From assembly GCA_009914755.4 (NCBI GenBank), contig CP068257.2, positions 24,736,001 to 24,800,000 of the forward strand: 64,000 nt of DNA, read 5' to 3'. The notes under the pieces were generated by a model that ran no database searches, was not told where the DNA came from, and saw nothing but the letters and a program-made list of their open reading frames with translations. This stretch comes from the human T2T-CHM13v2.0 reference genome, Homo sapiens. The stretch's first letter is position 1; every line of letters starts with the position of its first letter. Shown here in pieces: positions 54,601-64,000 of the stretch. The translations under genes were made by a program, and so were the position numbers.

Positions 54601-56516
54601 GAAACTCTATCCTCCTTTTCTGTGGTGATTATGTTAAGTTCTTCTCCCTCTCTGCATTTCACAGAGCATACAGGAGTGTGGTCAGAGAAGGGGCTTGGAA
54701 AGAGCATATGTCAAGTTGTCAGAAAATGTGGTTTTCAGTTTCCATTTTGGCATCTTAGCCATGTGACCTCGAGACAGGCACCTAACCTCTGTATGTCTCT
54801 AACAAGAGGGTATCAACAGTTGGTCTTTGAGATGCCTTTTGCCGTGCAAGTCCCTGGATTTATGGAGGTCTCCTCCGTTCATTCGAGGGTGGGAGTTCCT
54901 CTTCAACATTGCACTGATCAAATCAAAGTAAAGTGATTTAAAATCATGTAGAATCCTAGACTTGACTTCTCTTTTCATTACCTCATTATATTACTTAACT
55001 GTATTCCTATCCTTGCATTAAAAAAATTAGTTCTTATCAGGAAATCACTCAATTTATGTAAGATATAAGTAGCATTCAACAAGAGTTGGTTAATTTAATA
55101 AATGAAGATGAATGGAAGAAATGATGTCGTTTGTCTGAATTTAATATGCTGGACTTAATATAGTTAAGAAGAGTGTAGGACAAAACAGGTTTTATTCTTA
55201 TAGCATGCTATTGTAGAGAGAGAGCATTTTAAGCTCTATTTGATAATAATATGCATTTACATGATAAAATTTTTATTCAAAATCAATTTTATTGAAGTAT
55301 AATTTATGTAAAATATAATGCACACATTTGAAGTGTACAGTTCTATGAGTTGTGACAAATGCGTAACCATATGTTATGCGTTGAATTGTGTCCCCTCCAA
55401 AAAAATGATGTATTGAATTCCTAACCCCCAGTACCTCAGAATGTAACCTTACTTGAAGATAAGTTCTTTACCGAGATAATCAAGTTAAAATGAGGCCATT
55501 AGGGTGGGCCCTGATCCCATATGACTGATGTCTTTCTGAAAAGGGGAAATTTGGAGATGGAAACTTGCACTCAGGGATAACACCATGTAAAGACTGGACT
55601 TATGCTTCCATAAGCCAAGCAACTACTGGAAGCTAGGAGAAAGGCCTGGATTGGATTCTTTTTTAGCACCGTCAGAGGGAGCATGGCTCTGCCAACACCT
55701 CAGTCTCAGGCTTTTGGCCTCTAGAACTATGACACAATACATTCCTACTGTTTAAGCCACTTGGTTTGTGGTACTTTGCTATGGCAGCACTAGGAAATGG
55801 ACATACCATGTAACTACCACTCTCTAAATAAGATATAAAATATTTCCATCACCCAGAAAGCCCATCTCCACCCCCTACTCCAGGCAATTACTGATCTGAT
55901 TTCTATCACTATAGATTAGTTCTGACTGTCGTAAAATTTTATATGGATAGGATCTTGCAGTGTGTTCTCTTTTGTGCCTGGTTTCCTTCATTCAGCATAC
56001 TAGGTTTTGAAATTTATCCATGTTGTTGAGTGTGTCGATAGTTCATTCATTTTTATTGTCAAAATAGTATTCTCTACTTTCCCCAAGTTGTTGCAGCTCA
56101 ATTGATTCTAAGTGGGTGGGTCTATTTCTGGATTGTCTATGCTGTTCCCCAACTATTTTGAAACACTATTTTATTCTGTTATTCTAAAAATAACATGAGA
56201 ATAAATAAATAGTATGCTATCCAAATAAATTATAACTGAAACTGAACTCCAATCCTAAAAGAGATGGTTTGACCCAGCAAGTCAGTAAATCACAACAAAT
56301 TAATGTCAGCACATCAAGGAGGCCATTTGAAGGTATCGTTTTGCCTATTTAATGAGATCTAAATATTTGAAAATGTTGACATATGCTCCAGTTCTGTGAA
56401 GCTCCTTCGTTTTGTTTTATCTTCTCTCATTCCTGTGCTTTACCAAAATCCCTCATGCCCAGGTGCTGAAAGTGACACATTAGGTATTTATTATACAATG
56501 TGGAGCTTATCCTTAG

Positions 56517-56843
<327 letters not shown>

Positions 56844-57360
56844 AATAATGACTCTTATACCCAAAAGTTGCTGTAAAAATTTTTTTAACAGGTGGCACAA
56901 GACCTTGGCATTACTTAAATCATTAATTTTATGTTCTCTAACATACTGTGCTCATTATAATCATGTAATTCTAAAACTTATTCCCTGTATATATGTACAC
57001 GTGTGACTTTTTCTGTGCTCTTTCAAATCATTTGGGATGTTTTTGCCCTGTTGTCTAGAGGGCCTTACATGGATTTACATTTCTTCTATAAAGAATTCAT
57101 AACAGTCCCAGTTGACAGTGACTATTCACTTGGTCTACTGCACCAAGCACTGTAAAGAACACATAATGGGCCCACTCTGAATGTTTGTTGAAAGAGTAAA
57201 AGAAATCAGCAACCACAGCAGTGTGCTATAATTTAGATTTGGTAATGTTTTTCTTCCTAACTCTAAGTTCTGCAAGAACAATGGTTTTATTATCTACAGC
57301 AGAAAGACCTTTTACATGAAAAGCTAATCTTTAGGATGCAAAAGATAGGATCATTCTAAT

Positions 57361-57652
57361 TTTTTTTTTTTTTTTTGAGATGGAGTCTTGCTCTGTCACC
57401 CAGGCTGGAGTGCAGTGGCGTAATCTTGGCTCACCTCTGCCTCCCAGGTTCAAGTAATTCTACTGCCTCAGCCTCCCGAGTAGCTGGGATTACAGCCATG
57501 CGCCATCACTCCCAGCTAATTTTTGTATTTTTAGTAGAGACAGAGTTCCACCAAGTCAGCCAGGCTGGTCTCGAACTCCTGACCTCAAGTGATCCGCCTG
57601 CCTCAGTCTCCTGAAGTGTTGGGATTACAGGCATGAGCCACGGCGCCCGGCC
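57361..57652 (-). mobile_element. Alu (AluS/Y-like), minus orientation
   Basis: T16 then gagatggagtcttgctctgtcacccaggctggagtgcagtggcgtaatcttggctcacctctgcctcccaggttcaag...ggcatgagccacggcgcccggcc. It has a small deletion in the left-monomer region (cactgcaacc is missing). Confidence 0.9.
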
Positions 57653-58478
57653 AATGTTTTTTTAATGGGCTTCCATTTAAGAAAATCTCACCTGGCGAAA
57701 GTTACAAATAGTCCACTCTGATTCAAGAGGAGGATGCATGGTGAAAAGTGTTAAGATGTTGTCTCCTGTCTCCTGGAGGTGTGATCTAGGGTCAGTGTCT
57801 GTAGATGTGGTGTTAGTCTGTAAACAACAGAGGACAGTTAGAGGGCTTTAAACAGAGACAGCTGATTGGAGTTGGAAGCTGGACTGGATGAATGCAGGAC
57901 TGAAAGAAGGAACCAGTTAAAAGAATATTGTAAGAGTTTTGCGTATTTTTATCTAGAAGAGGGAATTGAGAATAAAAGAGAGAGAGGCCAGAATGAAAAT
58001 ATATCTAAAGATAAGTTTAGTGAGCAGTTGGTTGTAGGGGATGGGGGAGAGAGGATTCCAAGACAATTTAGAATTTCAAATCATATTCTTGCTAGTATTC
58101 CCAGTTCTTCTCCATCTCACTTTCCTCTGTCCCCTTTCCTTTTCGTAAGTGTAAAGAAAGCCATAAGGCCAGAACAGTGACTTCAGGATTTGTCTCCATT
58201 AGAAGGAGACTTCGACAAATAATAGACACTGTAACTGTATTATGCAGACATTTAAAATAAGGTATATTTATAATGTTTCAGTGTAGAATCAAGTGAGTTT
58301 AAATTCTATACACAAGGTCAAGTAGACTTACTGGTGGAAAATCAGGTAAATATCACAATTTTGGAGGAAGGATAAAGTAAAATGTACAGTGTGAGAGGGA
58401 TATGAAGAGGAACAAAGGGAAAAGGCTGTTGTAATGTCTTAGTGGATTGAGCCAGTTATGCTAATCTTCTGCTGATGA

Positions 58479-58850
<372 letters not shown>

Positions 58851-59255
58851 AATAAGCAGCATTTCTGATGAGCTTGATGGTCCAAATATTTTTTGGCTTC
58901 TCTGTACTTTGTCATATTTTACTAGGATTGAAAAAGATGTTCAATCTGGAAGTAGCATATTTCTGTAGGTTTAGGTAGAGAAATAAGGAAAAAATGAAAT
59001 TAAATAAAAAAGCTTTCTCCTATTATCCTTATGTAGTCATAATGGTAGTGTACATTTCTAGCACTTTATACTCCTCACATTTTACTTTTTTATTTTATAT
59101 TTGTGATAAGACTGAAAGGCAACATTATTACCCTCATTTGCAGATAAAAAAATTAAGCCTGAACATTTACATAATGTCTAAGATTTTATAATTTATGAGT
59201 GGCTTATCTGTATCTTGACTTTTGGTTTTTTAACTCTTTGTTCAATCTTATTCCA

Positions 59256-59288
59256 GTGTGTGTGTGTGTGTGTGTATGTGTTTGTGTT
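59256..59288. repeat. (TG)n microsatellite, imperfect, about 16 units
   Basis: gtgtgtgtgtgtgtgtgtgtatgtgtttgtgtt read directly. Confidence 0.9.
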
Positions 59289-61929
59289 TCGGGGAGGGCG
59301 AGGTGGTGGGGATCATTGGAGGATTTATAGAAATAGCATCCTTTGCTAAGCCAGTTGCCTCTCCTGTACTCCATCTTACACATCTGGAATTTAATGGCAG
59401 CAGTGAGCATTATTATTGAAAGTGAGTTTAGCCAAATTTGATAACCCTCAGACCCTGCAGAAATTTTTAGTAGGTTCCTCCATTGTTCCTTATTGGACAA
59501 GTCTTGGATGTGTATGAGTTTACTACTTAAATGTCTGGTTGGTCTCTGGGGTAATTTCACATACCTCATTCTTCTGGCACTTGGCAGTGAAATGCTGGAA
59601 CAAGAACTTAGCAATGTGTGCCTTTTGTCAGAATTTTTAAGAATGAGGTCATAATGGAAAAGCAAACCCACTAGTTCCCCTTTCCATGGTTTCCTGCCTC
59701 AGCACTGGTGCATCAACTTCATGACACCTGTTTAGGTCCCAGTGTGACTGTGTCTTGTCCAGACAGAGCTCAGCTTTTGCCCTCACTCAGCAGACTGCCA
59801 CCCTGACATGGATGGTTCCCTTTGTCTCTCCCTTCTGCTCTGCTGTCCTGTTCCACAGGAGGTGCCAATCCTGTCTCTTCAGCAGTTTCTAGCTCCAGCA
59901 GCTCTTAGCTGTTTGCCCCATGACTGCTCTCCTCTTTGTTGCTGCTACTTAATTTGCCTCTCTTCCTGTCCTCTGTTCTACTCCAAACTTCCCAATCTGC
60001 ATGACATTCGCTATCCAGCATGTGGTGAGCATGGGTCTTTATGCTCTTTTTAATTTAAGAATTGCCCAATTTTGGAAACACTTGAATCCTATCCTCTGAT
60101 ACTGCCCTTGGGGAAACAGCCACTGGACAATACTTGCTATCAGACTTTTCCTCTCCTCCCCACATTTGACTATCCCTTTTGTGAGGTCCATGTCCATGTC
60201 TTGGCTTAGAATGAGGATCTTACTTTCCTAAAGGCTGCAGCATGGCTACTTTTAACCTTCTGCCAGGAAAGGAGGATCTTAGCTCCTCATAGAGCTTGTG
60301 TTTATTATTCCCGGTGCTTGGCACTAAGGATTGCAGAGCTCCAATAGAAAGTGTGAATTCAATTCAAACAATATTCTTGGTTTATCTATTGACTGACAGC
60401 TGTCAGGAGATCCAATCCTTACCCCATAGCCTCTGAAGACATCATGTGAGGCTGAAGATCCTGGTTTATTCTGTGAGTGCTTTTTTCGTGTTAAAATTAT
60501 ATAGTCCATGTATGTTAAAAAAGATTGCGTGAAATTCTACTTTGGTCATTAAGTATTTGAAGATAGTCAGAAGTGTTAGCAATCTCATTCTCTTTCTGAC
60601 TTAATCCTTTCTCTAGCCACACTGTGGCACAGCTGATACCAATGTGAGGAGAGAAACCGAGCTACTGCATTAGCACCACTTGTTCCACAACAGGTTTCAA
60701 TAATAAATCAAAGCTAAGGGAATCGAAGATGAGAAATGCCATGTTTAGGATGATAGGGTCATATCCCAATGTTAGTGAGCATGGCCATAGTTTGGGCTGG
60801 AACTTCATACCTCGTGCTGGAACCTCCAATAACAAGCTAGTGGGAGAATTGGGAAGCCAAGATTGAGAGGAACCAGGGATGGTGGCGAGGGTGGCTGTTA
60901 GCACAAATTATGGTGCTCAGAGGTATTTGGCCATCTCAGCATGATCTAGGCTGGCCTAGATTCCCCGTCAGGAGTGGGTGGAGGGTTTGCAACAGGGAGA
61001 GAGAGCCCAGCCTGAGGGATGTTTCATAGAAGTTGAGAGAGTAGTAGAACTCACTATCAGGTGGGAAGCTCAACTGGTTCAAAGGGAATTTTGACCCTCA
61101 TCAAGGAATACAAACATAGGTTACAACCCCCATCTGAGAATAGGGGAAATGTTTGTCAAGTTGTCAAGGCCATTGTTAAGAGGTCAGAGGGTTATAGCAG
61201 GATTTCAGGCCCAGTATAGGAATAAATTCTCAGTGAGGAAGCAGCTGGCCAAGGCTCTCCAGGCCCATTAGAAGGCAGCTGTTACAGTTCCTTATAGAAA
61301 GTCTATCTTGGTTGAAATTGAATCAGTAACTGGGTGGAACTGAATTTTTTCATTGAAGGAACTAATAACTGCAGGAGAAGGAGATATGAAAGGAGTGACT
61401 GGTATAATATTGTGGTGGGAAGGGTGATCAGCTCCCTTGGTTTGAGTGGACTGAGGGGGTTCCTGGGACAAAGGACTTAGAATTTTAAAACTGGGACAGT
61501 CCTGGGCAAACCACAATATGATGGTCAGCCTGTGAGGAAAGGTATTTGATAGTCTTGGTCAAATGGCTGGGCAAGTGTTGCTTAAGGTTAAAGAAGAAAA
61601 ACAAACAAAAACTGTTCATGTTGGTAAAAATGTGAAATGTAGAGTTGGTAGTAATCTGAGTGGGAAATGAATATTCACTTCCTACTGTACAGATACATAT
61701 TCAATTATAGAATCTTAAAATTTCTGAATTGAGAAGAAAGTTGGATATTATTTAATCTCTCATTGTGTGAATGATAAGGTTGAGAGTCAGGGAGATTCAA
61801 TAAATACTGAAGTTGGATTAGCTAATTACAGGCATACATTTTCTGACTCCAAATTCTTTGCTTGCCCTCATGGATTTTTTTGTGTAACACCTGAAGATTC
61901 TTCCTCATTCCTCTTACCACGCATAGGCT

Positions 61930-61932
<3 letters not shown>

Positions 61933-61963
<31 letters not shown>

Positions 61964-62578
61964 CTTTAAGTTCTAAGGTACATGTGCACAACGTGCAGGT
62001 TTGTTACATATGTATACATGTGCCATGTTGGTATGCTGCACCCATTAACTGGTCATTTACATTAGGTATTTCTCTTAATGCTATCCCTCCCCCCACCTCA
62101 TGACAGGCCCTGGTGTGTGATATTCCCTGCCCTGTGTCCAAGTGTTCTCATTGTTCAATTCCCACCTATGAGTGGGAATATCTGGTGTTTGGTTTTCTGA
62201 CCTTGCGATAGTTTGCTCAGAATGATGGTTTCCAGCTTCATCCATGTCCTACAAAGGATATTAACTCATCCTTTTTTATGGCTGCATAGTATACATGGTG
62301 TATATGTGCCACATTTTCTTAATCCGATCTATCATTGATGGACATTTGGGTTGGTTCCAAGTCTTTGCTATTGTGAATAGTGCCTCAATAAACATACAAG
62401 TGGATGTGTCTTTATAGTAGCATAATTTATAATCTTTGGATATATACCCAGTAATGGGATCGCTGGGTCAAATGGTATTTCTAGTTCTAGATCCTTGAGG
62501 AATCACCACAGTGTCTTCCACAATGGTTGAACTAGTTTACACTCACACCAACAGTGTAAAAGTGTTCCTATTTATATA
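61933..62578 (-). mobile_element. L1PA-type (young primate L1) 3'-terminal fragment of about 620 bp with 28-nt pure tail, minus orientation
   Basis: T28 then atactttaagttctaaggtacatgtgcacaacgtgcaggtttgttacatatgtatacatgtgccatgttggtatgctgcacccattaactggtcatttacattaggtatttctcttaatgctatccctcccccc...cccacctatgagtgggaatatctggtgtttggttttc...ggctgcatagtatacatggtgtatatgtgccacattttcttaatcc...tattgtgaatagtgcctcaataaacatacaagtggatgtgtctttatagtagc...cacaatggttgaactagtttacactcacaccaacagtgtaaaagtgttcctatt. The low divergence and long homopolymer tail indicate a comparatively recent insertion. Confidence 0.95.
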
Positions 62579-62739
62579 TTATTAGTTCTTTTCTCAGAGT
62601 CAGTAAGCCTTCTTCAAAGATTATAGTAAAATCTACAATAGAACTATAAGGATAGCAAATGGTAATGCTTCTACAACTATTACTGTTACTATTACCAGTA
62701 ATAACATTGTCAAAATCTTGCCAATGTACCATAATGTAG

Positions 62740-63151
<412 letters not shown>

Positions 63152-64000
63152 AAAAGTTTAATAATTGTAAAAAGAAAGCTCTCTGCTATGGAGAGGGGAG
63201 CTGGAAGACGGTTGCCATTTTTACAGTTGAATACAAAGGCTTTTATAAGAAACCGATGAGGGCTGAGCAACTTATTTGCATAAGGCACAAATTTCTGGTA
63301 GCTCCACCCCATCCTCCTAGTGCATGTGTGTGTCCTTAGCTTGGGTTACTCCATATTGCTTTGTATCCCTCACAGCACATGTGTTAAGAGACAGAATTTT
63401 CCATTGCAGGCATGTCTGGGCAAGCCACCTGGGTAGCTTTTCTTATCTGTGCAGCTGTGGGCATGTCTTAGGCAAGGCCCCCTGTGCAAATTCCCTTATC
63501 TGTGCCAGAAGTCTGTTATTTTGTTTTAAAGAGTTCAACCGAGGACCCACCCTAACTGCCTGCCTGATCATTTTTCTCCTTTCTCCTCTCTCAGCATCAC
63601 TGCCATTACCACCATTACTGTAGTATGAGGGGAATATCAGAAAATGTTTGTTTCATCCCCATTTCTGAGGCGGGTTGAAATAAAGAACACCATGAATTCA
63701 AGGAGTCTAGCAGTACTTCTTGGCTATTGGATCTCTCTTCATCATTTCTACTGTAAATCTTTGAGATGGATACTTAGCTCTGGAGTCAGTGAATTTACTC
63801 TTTCCTACATGTTGTCATTTTGATTACTGGCTGGGCTATAAATCATACTCAGACCATGCATCCCTGAAGTAGGAAAAGAAGTAAAATACTGCATAGTGAC
63901 CAAACTTCAACCCCAAAAACTGTTACAAGAGAATTCCATATCTACAGAGTGAGTAAAAATGACAAATAAGTAAGTCTTTAAGCTTCAAAGTTTAAAGGAA

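Noticed and set aside
54466-54936. 156-aa ORF (+ strand)
   Set aside because: The peptide is Ser/Phe/Leu-rich and low-complexity, with no known protein features. It lies in an AT-rich stretch where long chance ORFs are expected.
59204-59671. 155-aa ORF (- strand)
   Set aside because: The ORF runs through the (TG)n microsatellite, which gives THTHTHTHTG in the translation. There is no protein-like architecture.

Overview
The window is primate, almost certainly human, nuclear DNA from an AT-rich, gene-poor intergenic or deep-intronic region. It is not a prokaryotic locus: there are no credible protein-coding genes, rRNA/tRNA genes, CRISPR arrays, operons or defence systems. At least 45% of the sequence is recognisable interspersed repeat. 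This includes 16 Alu or Alu-monomer copies, several with clean target-site duplications (TSDs). There are L1 fragments of at least three ages, including a young L1PA 3' end with a 28-nt tail and an older L1M that is split by a later ERV insertion. MaLR/ERVL LTR elements are unusually dense: two full-length THE1-class proviruses in opposite orientation about 36.5 kb apart, four solo THE1/MST LTRs, and one MST LTR carrying a foreign 165-bp insert. There are also several microsatellites. An unclassified ancient repeat is tentatively placed at about 46.1-51.65 kb and appears broken up by Alu and other insertions. Every ORF in the supplied six-frame track falls into one of three classes: Alu read-through peptides, L1 ORF2 C-terminal remnants, THE1-internal gag-like remnants, or chance ORFs in AT-rich DNA. 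The structures that stand out are mobile-element architectures and local rearrangements: an old interrupted palindrome of about 1.65 kb, a perfect 96-bp tandem duplication, an L1 twin-priming-like inversion, a composite Alu sharing one TSD, and nested insertions. No novel biological system can be supported from the sequence alone. All coordinates were counted by eye and may be off by a few bases.
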